This document shows positions 31,035 through 39,754 of a stretch of DNA of 64,000 nt, piece by piece. The translations under genes were made by a program, and so were the position numbers. The notes under the pieces are model-generated. The model made no database searches and was not told where the DNA came from. It saw only the letters and a program-made list of their open reading frames with translations. Each line of letters begins with the position of its first letter. Positions within the stretch are counted from its first letter, which is position 1. Origin of the DNA: Vreelandella nigrificans (lineage in GTDB: Bacteria; Pseudomonadota; Gammaproteobacteria; Pseudomonadales; Halomonadaceae); the NCBI RefSeq assembly GCF_002374315.1, contig NZ_NWUX01000006.1:127947-191946 (forward strand). The letters are read 5' to 3'.

Positions 31035-32984
31035 TTAGGCAGATTCGGAGGATTTGCCAGAACTCATAGCACGATTCGCCAAGCCCGCCAGGGTAGCTTG
31101 CAGTGCTGGTGACTTATCGAGCACCCCTTGAACCGCTTTACCGTAGCCTAGGCCCGCGGTGAGTTTTTCAAACACATCACTATCGCCACCTATCAGCTCA
31201 AACTTGGCATTGTGCATTGCGGCAGCCATTACCTTGCCATTTTCGAGCATACCGATGCGCTGGGCTTCGATTTGCGCCATGACTTCTTTTTCGTGAACTT
31301 CCAGGTTCATACGGAACTCTTCGAAGTGGCGAGCTTCTTCAGACATATTGTCGTAAGCGCGCAGTTTCTCGACCAAGCCATTGGCTTCGGCTTTGGCCAT
31401 TGCTTCCCGGGCCTGTGCTTTAGCAGTGCCCAGTTTCTCCTCGCCCATCGCTTCTGCTTCAAGGCGTTGTTCAAGAATACGTACTTCCGCCAAGCCAGCA
31501 TCTTCGTCAGCTTTCGCGTTAGCTGTTTTAACCTCGGCCTGGGCAAAGCCTTCACTACGCTGGGCATGAGCACGCGCTTCCAGCACTTGTGCTTCGGCAA
31601 GCCCGTCTGCAGCAGCAAGGGCTTGATGGCCGCGTGCCTGCTTCTCTTCTGCCGTCGCACGCTTCTCTGCTGCATCCAGCTCGGCTTGTGCCCGAATAAC
31701 AGTCTCTTCCGCTTCCAGCTTGGAGCGCTCGAACACTGCTTCTGCTGCACGTACTTCTTTCAGTTTGCGCTCTTCTGCTTCGGCTTGAGCTGCGGTCAGG
31801 CGAGTTACCTTCTGACGTTCAGCTTCAGCGCGGTTGCGTACATCGTTAATGTTCTCTTCTTCTTCAGCCACGTTGCGCTCAACCGCAATACGCTGGCTGG
31901 TAATGTCGGCAATCTCTTTGCGCTCTTCTTCCAGCGCTTTTTCCATGCCGATTCGTTCAATTTCTACCGCACGTTCACGGGTAACATCCTCAAGCTCTTT
32001 GGCCTGACGAATCCGTACCTCTTCGATCTGTACCGCACGCTCGCGAGCCTTAGTAGCCATTTCAATCTGGCGCAGCTTGTTCTCTTCAGCAATCGCCAAC
32101 TCTTCATCGGTTTTAATCCGCGCGGCTTCGCTTTTCGAACGCTCTTGCTGGAGCACCTGCTCGGCTTCAGACTGTTCACGAGACTGCAGACTTTCAATTT
32201 CACGACGCTGACGCGCTTCGGCGTCTGCCTGAGTGCGCTCCAGCTCTAACGCTGCTTCACGAGCCGAGACATTCTTGCGCTGAATCTCCAGCTCTTGGTC
32301 GCGTTCCAGACGGTTGGTTTCAACATTGTGCCGAGCAGTAATCTCGGTGATGCATTTAATACCTTCCGAATCCAGAATATTGTTCGGATCCAGCGAGCTT
32401 TTCGGCGTTTGTTCTAAGTAGTCAATCGCAACGTCTTCAAGAATATAGCCATTAAGATCCTGACCAATGGTATGAACAATGGCGTCGCGGAACTGCTGGC
32501 GCTCTTCGAAGAGTTGCATGAAGTCCATCTTTTTACCGACAGTCTTCAATGCTTCGCTGAACTTGGCGTTAAACAGCTCATTAACAGCATCACGATCTGA
32601 CGCACGACCAACACCCACGGACTTAGCAACACGTAAGACATCGTCCGCCGTAGCATTAACCCGCAAATAAAATGCCACGCTGATATCAGCACGTAGGTTG
32701 TCCCGGCAAATCAGTCCCTCTTTACCCGTACGGTTAAGCTCAAGGGTGATCACCGAGATCTTCATGATCTCTGCACGATGCACAACAGGCAGCACCATGG
32801 CGCCGGTAAAATAGACCTTCGGTATCGTGGAAAGGTCATTAACGATTAAAGCCTGGCCTTGATCTATTTTCCGATAAAAGGCTTTAAACAGTGACAATAT
32901 GGCAAGCAGTGCAATCACTATTACACTGATGCTTACCAATAGCGGCATGACCCACGACAAATTCATCTTTATCTCCTGCAGCAA
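31035..32984 (-). CDS. yqiK: Flotillin-like SPFH/band-7 protein with a long Ala/Glu-rich coiled coil (YqiK family)
   Basis: N-terminal TM, SPFH domain (residues ~40-230), then ~350 aa of heptad EA/ER repeats and a flotillin C-terminal region; 5 bp downstream of yqiJ. Confidence 0.85.
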   Translation of the reverse strand: MLQEIKMNLSWVMPLLVSISVIVIALLAILSLFKAFYRKIDQGQALIVNDLSTIPKVYFTGAMVLPVVHRAEIMKISVITLELNRTGKEGLICRDNLRADISVAFYLRVNATADDVLRVAKSVGVGRASDRDAVNELFNAKFSEALKTVGKKMDFMQLFEERQQFRDAIVHTIGQDLNGYILEDVAIDYLEQTPKSSLDPNNILDSEGIKCITEITARHNVETNRLERDQELEIQRKNVSAREAALELERTQADAEARQRREIESLQSREQSEAEQVLQQERSKSEAARIKTDEELAIAEENKLRQIEMATKARERAVQIEEVRIRQAKELEDVTRERAVEIERIGMEKALEEERKEIADITSQRIAVERNVAEEEENINDVRNRAEAERQKVTRLTAAQAEAEERKLKEVRAAEAVFERSKLEAEETVIRAQAELDAAEKRATAEEKQARGHQALAAADGLAEAQVLEARAHAQRSEGFAQAEVKTANAKADEDAGLAEVRILEQRLEAEAMGEEKLGTAKAQAREAMAKAEANGLVEKLRAYDNMSEEARHFEEFRMNLEVHEKEVMAQIEAQRIGMLENGKVMAAAMHNAKFELIGGDSDVFEKLTAGLGYGKAVQGVLDKSPALQATLAGLANRAMSSGKSSESA

Positions 32985-32989
32985 GGCAA

Positions 32990-33622
32990 TTAATCGGCTA
33001 AGCCGGCTTCGAAAGCTATTTCAGAAATGACCCAGTACGCATCTTCGTTTTCAAGGTACTGAATCATGATGGCACGTTCACCACGCGCTAATGGCGGGTC
33101 GCTACGCACTTGCAAAATAAGATGGTCACCATCGATATGTGCATCGGCTCGGCCATGCTCTTTGGTTGCAGTTGCTGAGCGAATTGTGCACAGCCTACCT
33201 ATTAGGCGCTGCTCGGTGGGCTTAGTCTGAGCCGGGCGAAACAGCGGCCGCAAAGGGCGAATTAGAAAGGAGGTCACTACAGTGGCAATAGCAAGACCCA
33301 GAATTAGCACGACGCCATTAAACAGCCACAGCAATAAGCCTGGAGTAAGCTGTATACCCAAGAGCAGCGTTGCAAAGTAGCTAAATAGCCAGCCGGTCAA
33401 TGCCAGCAGAGTGACTACCAGGGGCAGAGGGACTCCATGCAACCCCAACGTTGCCAGTAAGCCTCCAAAATCTAGCGAGCCACCATCACCCAAATCACCC
33501 TCTACAGTATCGCTATCGACTAACCCTGATAGCGAAATTAGCCAGTAAATAACCGCAACACTTAGCAATATCGTAAAAATGACAGTAGGAAAGGTGGTGA
33601 TAATAGAAATAAATAGAGGCAT
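32990..33622 (-). CDS. yqiJ: YqiJ / NfeD-like membrane protein with C-terminal OB-fold (DUF1449 type)
   Basis: MPLF... N-terminus, Gly/Asp-rich loop GDLGDGGSLDFGG, multiple TM helices then a soluble C-terminal beta domain; conserved partner of yqiK. Confidence 0.65.
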   Translation of the reverse strand: MPLFISIITTFPTVIFTILLSVAVIYWLISLSGLVDSDTVEGDLGDGGSLDFGGLLATLGLHGVPLPLVVTLLALTGWLFSYFATLLLGIQLTPGLLLWLFNGVVLILGLAIATVVTSFLIRPLRPLFRPAQTKPTEQRLIGRLCTIRSATATKEHGRADAHIDGDHLILQVRSDPPLARGERAIMIQYLENEDAYWVISEIAFEAGLAD

Positions 33623-33853
33623 ACGCCTGAGACCCAGTTAGGCTAAACATAAGCGCCATCACTACTGGATGTCGCCATGAATGAATGCCCTTTTTCATTT
33701 CTGCTGAGAAAGGGCACTGTTATGAAAGTAGTATTCAGCCGCCATCACCTACGGCTATGCTTTGGGCACTTGTTTATGGCTTGAACACGGTTTGGGCTAA
33801 GCATTCAATTCCCGCAGTTTCACAACCTAAGCGCAGAGAAAAGCTACAGCATC

Positions 33854-33929
33854 TCTTCGCAAAATCAATTCAGTCATCAACTTTTAAGAGATCTCTTACA
33901 AAATCTATAGCGAATGTCTTACAAAATCT
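33854..33929. repeat. Three copies of the TCTTACAAAATCT-like motif (two perfect, 23 bp apart, plus one degenerate) upstream of the yqiJ operon
   Basis: TCTTcgCAAAATCa (33854), TCTTACAAAATCT (33894), TCTTACAAAATCT (33917). Confidence 0.5.
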
Positions 33930-34002
33930 GCCATTTTGGACGGCTAGGCCTGATCACCAACGACGAAGCGGTGTTCAAACAAAGAAAGCTTTGTGAAGGG
34001 GT

Positions 34003-34965
34003 TTACTGTCGCTTTCGCTCACCTAATCGAGCTATTGGCCTAGGCCAACGGGCAATAACCGCAGTAACGATAACGGCAAACAGCAACCTTGCCCACAATA
34101 TGCCTGATATATCAGCCCCCAGCATTAGGATCAGCAGTGTATCTTCTATAACACTATGGCAGAGGCCAAGAAAGCACAGCGCTAACGTGCTATCCCGCTT
34201 GCTAAGCACACCGTTTTGCACGTCACGAATCAGCAGCCCTGCGCCGTAGCTTAAACCCAACGTGAACCCAATCACGGTAACGTTAGCCGCCGAACGACCA
34301 ATGCCTAATAGCTTAAGTAATGGTAGCAAGCCAAGGTGAATCCAGCGTTCAAGACCAAGCTTTTGTAAAACCTTCAGGAGTACAATTAGCGCTAAAATAA
34401 TTACAAAAATAAGTACTAACGTTTCAAGCTGAGTAACTACCCACCCACTCAGCGTTGGCGCCGATGAAAAACTTGGCTGCCATACCAATGCAATGGGCTC
34501 TTGTAACAAGCCAAAATACGAATAGAAGCAGTGTAAAAGCCAAGCCAGCAGTAAAGCACCTCCCACTCGTAGTAATAGTGTGGCCCACCAGGGTACACCG
34601 GCGCGCTTGGCAACGGCCCCTTCAACAGGAATCGAGTGCCCTACCAGCATCAACGCCCCCAGCACTGTTACTTGCTCAACACTCAAGGACATATCACCAG
34701 CAACTTGAAAAAATACCGCAATGGCGGTGTACAAGTTGGTAAAGAGCGCCGCCGCCCACACAACGCCTAACTGCTCGGGCAAGCCAAGTATGTTCATTAA
34801 GGGGGCCAGTACCGCCCCTAACCAGTCGACAACACCCAACAACTCTAACCCTTTGACGATGAGTAGCGCCGGAATCAGGATTTTTAGTAGCGTCACATAT
34901 ACGCGCAGTGCATCTTTTAGAACGCCACTGAAGCCGCCCAATAGGTGATAAATACTCATATGCAT
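34003..34965 (-). CDS. Membrane protein with nucleoside-recognition (Gate) domains, SpmA/SpmB-like
   Basis: 320 aa, polytopic, two Gate-like halves. Confidence 0.55.
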   Translation of the reverse strand: MHMSIYHLLGGFSGVLKDALRVYVTLLKILIPALLIVKGLELLGVVDWLGAVLAPLMNILGLPEQLGVVWAAALFTNLYTAIAVFFQVAGDMSLSVEQVTVLGALMLVGHSIPVEGAVAKRAGVPWWATLLLRVGGALLLAWLLHCFYSYFGLLQEPIALVWQPSFSSAPTLSGWVVTQLETLVLIFVIILALIVLLKVLQKLGLERWIHLGLLPLLKLLGIGRSAANVTVIGFTLGLSYGAGLLIRDVQNGVLSKRDSTLALCFLGLCHSVIEDTLLILMLGADISGILWARLLFAVIVTAVIARWPRPIARLGERKRQ

Positions 34966-35091
34966 TTAGCTCTCCCTTGCCATCGTCTGAATAACCGTTA
35001 TGGTAATGGAGGCAATGCAGAATCTTCTTTCGAATACTTCAAAAACAATCAATATTCGTTCTTTTCAACTTACTAATAAGCATTTTATTTC

Positions 35092-35550
35092 ATGGACAGC
35101 ATTGATCGGCGCATTCTTGACCAGCTTCAACGTGATTCCAGCCTGACCAATCAAGCGCTGGCGGATGAAGTAGGACTCTCTCCCTCAGCTTGTTTAAAAC
35201 GAGTTAAGCGCTTACGCGAAGAAGGAATCATTGAAAGAGAGGTAGCACTACTCAACCCTAATGCGCTAGGGCAGTGTCTTCACATGGTGGTAGAAGTCAC
35301 CATGGAGCGGGATAACAAATCACTCTACCAGCGGTTCTTAACGTCAGCGGTAAACGCCCCTGAAGTGAAGCAGTGCTATCAAGTAACTGGCGAATGTGAC
35401 TTTGTATTGATCGTGACAGTCGCTGATTTAGATGAGTATGACCGCTTCTGCGATCGCGTGCTCTATAGCGATGACAATATGCGTAAGTTCCGCACTCTGT
35501 TATCCCGTAAACGACATAAGTTTGATACATCTGTACAGCTCAATCGTTGA
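35092..35550 (+). CDS. Lrp/AsnC family transcriptional regulator
   Basis: MDSIDRRILDQLQRDSSLTNQALADEVGLSPSACLKRVKRLREEGII HTH plus a RAM domain. Confidence 0.85.
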   Translation: MDSIDRRILDQLQRDSSLTNQALADEVGLSPSACLKRVKRLREEGIIEREVALLNPNALGQCLHMVVEVTMERDNKSLYQRFLTSAVNAPEVKQCYQVTGECDFVLIVTVADLDEYDRFCDRVLYSDDNMRKFRTLLSRKRHKFDTSVQLNR

Positions 35551-35557
35551 GTGCTGT

Positions 35558-36178
35558 TCACGCTGTCAACCCAATGCCTCGCAAGATCACCGAGGTAACC
35601 GACTGTACGGCTTTTTCAAACTGTAGGTCGTCTAGTGGCTTATCGTCATTGAGCAGGTAGATTTGATAGTCGAAGTCGGCGTAGTGCTGGGTCGATGCCC
35701 AAATCATATAGAGCAGGTAGGAAGGCTCAACGGGGTTGATTTGACCTGACTCGACCCACTCGCGAATTTTCGACTCTTTAAGCTTGGCCCATTCGTAAAG
35801 GTTATCCCGCAATCGTTCTTTCAGGATCGGCGCGCCTTGCATCACTTCTGCTGCCCATATTTTAGAGCCATGAGCACGATAGCGTGAATGATTCATTTTG
35901 GCGCGAATGTAGGTAGAGAGCACTACACGGGGATCATCGTAAAGCTCGAAGCAGAGCGCGTCTTGCTTCCAGATTTCCAGCAGCGCTAGTAACACTTCCT
36001 GGTAAAGCGTCTTTTTAGTGGAAAAATAGTAGTGCACGTTGGACTTAGGAATATCCGCCAACTGAGCGATTTCGCCCATGGAGGCACCGGCATAGCCTTT
36101 TTCGGCAAATAGCTGTTCTGCCGCCAAGAGAATCTTCTTAACATTGGTCTGGCGAATTTCATCCTGAGTTCTTGCCAC
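35558..36178 (-). CDS. TetR/AcrR family transcriptional regulator
   Basis: HTH EKGYAGASMGEIAQLADIPKSNVHYYFSTKKTLY; GTG start with an AGGA RBS chosen because the upstream ATG at 36223 would overlap the mmsA terminator. Confidence 0.75.
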   Translation of the reverse strand: MARTQDEIRQTNVKKILLAAEQLFAEKGYAGASMGEIAQLADIPKSNVHYYFSTKKTLYQEVLLALLEIWKQDALCFELYDDPRVVLSTYIRAKMNHSRYRAHGSKIWAAEVMQGAPILKERLRDNLYEWAKLKESKIREWVESGQINPVEPSYLLYMIWASTQHYADFDYQIYLLNDDKPLDDLQFEKAVQSVTSVILRGIGLTA

Positions 36179-36202
36179 GCTGCACTCGTCCTTTACGTCG
36201 AA

Positions 36203-36231
36203 GATAGGCACCAAAAAAAACACCGTCGCAG
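36203..36231 (-). terminator. Rho-independent terminator downstream of mmsA
   Basis: CACCGTCG-cagaa-CGACGGTG perfect 8-bp stem, followed on the minus strand by T8. Confidence 0.7.
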
Positions 36232-36271
36232 AACGACGGTGCTGAGAAGATCTCCTATTTACTCTAGGACG

Positions 36272-37768
36272 TCAACTTTGGTTGACAGGAAACGAGAACT
36301 CCGCCCGTGTCGCCTCGCTAACCGATGGCCAGCGCTGGGAAACCGCTTTGCGGCGGGTATAGAAGCGTACGGAGTCGGGGCCATAGGCGTGGAGATCACC
36401 GAACAGCGAGCGCTTCCAGCCGCCAAAGCTGTGATAAGCCACTGGTACGGGCAGCGGAACATTCACGCCGACCATGCCCACTTCAATACCATCAGTGAAG
36501 CGCCGAGCGGCTTCACCATCGCGGGTAAACAGGCAAGTGCCATTACCGTACTCGTGGTCGTTAATCAGTTGCATGGCGTCGTCCAGACTGCCGACCCGCA
36601 CTATGCACAGTACTGGCCCGAAGATCTCTTCCTGATAGATACGCATTTCAGCGGTCACATTATCAAACAGACAGCCGCCAACGAAATAGCCTTCTTCATG
36701 GCCAGCTACTTTCAGGCTGCGACCATCGGCCACCAGCCTCGCGCCAGCACTAATACCATCTTCGATATAGCCGAGCACTTTATCGCGGTGCTCTGCTGTC
36801 ACCAGTGGGCCCATATCCAGGCCTTTATCGGTACCTGGACCAACCTTAAGCTCGGCGATTTTCGGTAGCAGTGTGGCTACCAAGCGATCCGCTGTTTCAT
36901 CACCGACGCATACTGCCACCGAAATCGCCATGCAGCGTTCGCCACAGCTACCGTATGCCGCGCCCATTAGCGTATTGGCAGCGTTCTCCAAATCGGCATC
37001 TGGTAGCACCACGGCATGATTCTTCGCCCCGCCAAGTGCCTGGACGCGTTTGCCAGCAGCAGAGCCGCGTGAGTAAATCGCTTCCGCCACTGGCGTTGAG
37101 CCAACAAATGAGATGGCTTTGACGGCCTTGGCATCCAGTAAGGTTTCTACTGCTTCGCGTCCACCGTGAACCACATTCATCACACCTTTGGGCAACCCTG
37201 CTTCTTGAAGCAGTTCGGCCACGGCCAGCGCTGCCGAAGGGTCTTTTTCTGAGGGTTTGAGGATAAAGGTATTACCGCAGGCAATTGCCATGGGGTACAT
37301 CCACAGCGGCACCATAGCGGGGAAGTTAAACGGGGTAATACCTGCCACCACACCCAAGGGCTGGAAGTTAGACCAAGCATCAATGCCTGGCCCTACGTTG
37401 TGGGAGTATTCTCCTTTTAACAGCTCAGGTACGCCGCAAGCGTACTCGACGTTTTCAATGCCGCGCTTAAGCTCGCCCATGGCATCTTCTATTGTCTTGC
37501 CATGCTCTTCACTGACCAGGTGCACTAAACGGTCGGCGTGATCTTCCAGCAGTTGCTTAAAGCGGTACATCACCTGGACACGCTTGGCGGGCGGAGTATC
37601 GCGCCAGGCAGGAAATGCAGCCTGTGCAGCGGCAATGGCACGCTCAACATCAGCCGCACTCGCGTCTGCCACTTGGCGAATCACCTTGCCCGTGGAGGGG
37701 TTGGTCACCTCCAGCGTGCGCTGGCTCTCAACTAACTCACCGTTAATCAGATGGGAAACAACACTCAT
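36272..37768 (-). CDS. mmsA: Methylmalonate/malonate-semialdehyde dehydrogenase (CoA-acylating)
   Basis: ALDH superfamily with an MmsA-type catalytic Cys region GQRCMAIS-like (...CGERCMAISVAV...) and an NAD-binding fingerprint. Confidence 0.9.
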   Translation of the reverse strand: MSVVSHLINGELVESQRTLEVTNPSTGKVIRQVADASAADVERAIAAAQAAFPAWRDTPPAKRVQVMYRFKQLLEDHADRLVHLVSEEHGKTIEDAMGELKRGIENVEYACGVPELLKGEYSHNVGPGIDAWSNFQPLGVVAGITPFNFPAMVPLWMYPMAIACGNTFILKPSEKDPSAALAVAELLQEAGLPKGVMNVVHGGREAVETLLDAKAVKAISFVGSTPVAEAIYSRGSAAGKRVQALGGAKNHAVVLPDADLENAANTLMGAAYGSCGERCMAISVAVCVGDETADRLVATLLPKIAELKVGPGTDKGLDMGPLVTAEHRDKVLGYIEDGISAGARLVADGRSLKVAGHEEGYFVGGCLFDNVTAEMRIYQEEIFGPVLCIVRVGSLDDAMQLINDHEYGNGTCLFTRDGEAARRFTDGIEVGMVGVNVPLPVPVAYHSFGGWKRSLFGDLHAYGPDSVRFYTRRKAVSQRWPSVSEATRAEFSFPVNQS

Positions 37769-37814
37769 ATTTAAACTCTCTGAAGTTTAGATCAGCAGGT
37801 TATGCCAACGACGC

Positions 37815-39233
37815 TTATGCTAATGAATCCAGGGTGGTTGCCACAGCGTCGAACAGCCGCTCTAGTTCAGCCTCTGTGGTGCCAAAGGGAGGACCAAACT
37901 GCAGTGTGTCGCCGCCATAGCGAACATAGAAACCCGCTTCCCAAAGCGCCATATGCGCATCCCTTGGGCGAATCGTTGGGTCGCCCCCCCGGGGCGTTAG
38001 CTGAATAGCACCAGCTAGGCCGTAGTTGCGAATATCAACAATATGGTTACGGCCTTTCAGGGCATGAAGCTTTCGCTCAAAAGCAGGTGCAATGGCGCTA
38101 ACCTGAGCAGGGAAGTTTTCACGCTCCATCATTTCCAGCGCAGCAAGTCCTGCCGCACAGGCCACCGGGTGGGCGCTGTAGGTGTATCCATGGGGGAACT
38201 CAACGGCGTGCTGGGGGCCACCAGCGTGCATAAAGGTGTCGAAAATCTCACTGGAGGCGATCACCGCCCCCATGGGGATGGCGCCGTTGGTGATCTGCTT
38301 TGCCACGTTCATGATATCCGGCGTTACGCCAAAGGCTTCCGCGCCGGTGGTCGCGCCGCTGCGGCCAAAGGCGGTAATAACTTCATCAAAAATCAGCAGA
38401 ATATCGTGGGCAGTGCAGATCTCACGCAGCCGGTTCAGGTAGCCTTTAGGCGGTACGATCACCCCCGCCGAGCCGGACATCGGCTCAACAATCACCGCCG
38501 CAATGGTGGATGCATCATGTAAGGCTATTTGATCCAGCAGCGCATCGGCAAGCTCGGCACCAGTTTCCGCTTGGCCACGGGTGTAGGCCTGGCCCGCTTG
38601 AAGAGTGTGGGGGAGATGCGTCACATCCATCAGTTGGCCATAGTGTTTACGGTTACCACCAATCCCGCCAAGGCTAGTGCCGCCGATATTAACCCCGTGA
38701 TAGCCCTTAGCACGGCCAATCATACGGGTCTTCTCCGGCTTACCTTTTAACCGCCAGTAGGCCTTGGCCATCTTGACCGAGGTATCAGCGGCTTCTGAAC
38801 CTGAGTTGGTAAAGAACACGTGGTCCAACCCAGCAGGTGTAAGGCTGGCAACCTTCTCCGCCAACTTGAACGCCAACGGATGGCCAATTTGAAAACCAGG
38901 GGCAAAGTCGAGGCTGCCTAGCTGCGCCGCCACGGCTTTTTGGATCTCTTCACGATTATGGCCCGCGCCACAGGTCCATAGCCCTGAAAGCGAATCAAAC
39001 AGCTTACGACCCTGGTCATCAATGTAGTAACGCCCTTCCGCCCCAGCGATAACCCGCGGATTGGCATGGAAGTCGCGATTGGCACTAAATGGCATCCAGT
39101 AGTGTTGATTTAGCTCGGTAGCGGATGCGCTTTCTCCAACAGCATGCTCAGATGCTTGTGGGGTTGTTTGGCTTTTTATTTCCAACATGGTGTCCAGCTC
39201 CATCGTATGAGGCATTGCCTCAGCATGCGCCAC
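37815..39233 (-). CDS. Class-III aminotransferase, beta-alanine/omega-amino acid:pyruvate transaminase type
   Basis: PLP-dependent class III fold; adjacent to mmsA, as in beta-alanine catabolic operons. Confidence 0.85.
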   Translation of the reverse strand: MAHAEAMPHTMELDTMLEIKSQTTPQASEHAVGESASATELNQHYWMPFSANRDFHANPRVIAGAEGRYYIDDQGRKLFDSLSGLWTCGAGHNREEIQKAVAAQLGSLDFAPGFQIGHPLAFKLAEKVASLTPAGLDHVFFTNSGSEAADTSVKMAKAYWRLKGKPEKTRMIGRAKGYHGVNIGGTSLGGIGGNRKHYGQLMDVTHLPHTLQAGQAYTRGQAETGAELADALLDQIALHDASTIAAVIVEPMSGSAGVIVPPKGYLNRLREICTAHDILLIFDEVITAFGRSGATTGAEAFGVTPDIMNVAKQITNGAIPMGAVIASSEIFDTFMHAGGPQHAVEFPHGYTYSAHPVACAAGLAALEMMERENFPAQVSAIAPAFERKLHALKGRNHIVDIRNYGLAGAIQLTPRGGDPTIRPRDAHMALWEAGFYVRYGGDTLQFGPPFGTTEAELERLFDAVATTLDSLA

Positions 39234-39497
39234 TGAACACGTTTATAAAATTACGCTTTTCTTTTGTTCACGTTAGATAATTTATACGTAAACGAGGACA
39301 CCAGATATCAATTCTCTCTTGACGACATTTAGAAAAACACCTAGTTGTTATATTTATACGAATAAATACAACAAACCTGTGGTTCACGCCTCAAATTAGT
39401 GTTCGGCAGCCGCACTGCGCTTAAAAACGCCGTCGTTGGTAGCTTTACGCTGCAAACTAAGCTCACAGACTAACCATAAACATAGGGCTAACTTGCC

Positions 39498-39740
39498 ATG
39501 AAACATTTATCTCCACTTAAGCTGTCTATTTATGGCGGCATGATACTTGGCTTCTTAATGTTGGAAAGCCCAGCCATTATGCTGGCTAACCGAATAGAGC
39601 CCATGCTGATGGGTCTCCCCTTTTTATTGGTCTGGAATCTCTTTTGGTGGTTTGTATTAACAGCACTTTTTTTGGTGGCCTATTTGACCAACTGGGGAAG
39701 CCCTACTCCGTCGAATAACCATGCTATTAAGCAACCATAA
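39498..39740 (+). CDS. Small 2-TM membrane protein (DUF3311/DUF485-like) paired with the SSS transporter
   Basis: 80 aa with two hydrophobic helices, 15 bp upstream of the symporter gene. Confidence 0.45.
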   Translation: MKHLSPLKLSIYGGMILGFLMLESPAIMLANRIEPMLMGLPFLLVWNLFWWFVLTALFLVAYLTNWGSPTPSNNHAIKQP

Positions 39741-39754
39741 GAAGGGGATGACGC

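Noticed and set aside
31212-32249. 345-aa ORF antisense to the flotillin gene
   Set aside because: This is the typical open antisense frame opposite a GC-rich, Ala/Glu-rich coiled-coil coding region; its composition is Phe/Leu/Cys-rich nonsense.
33685-33996. 103-aa ORF in the yqiJ upstream region
   Set aside because: There are no RBS or homology signals; the region is better explained as a promoter/operator with TCTTACAAAATCT repeats.
36239-36868. 209-aa plus-strand ORF overlapping mmsA
   Set aside because: It is antisense to a conserved ALDH gene; its 5' end overlaps the mmsA terminator hairpin.
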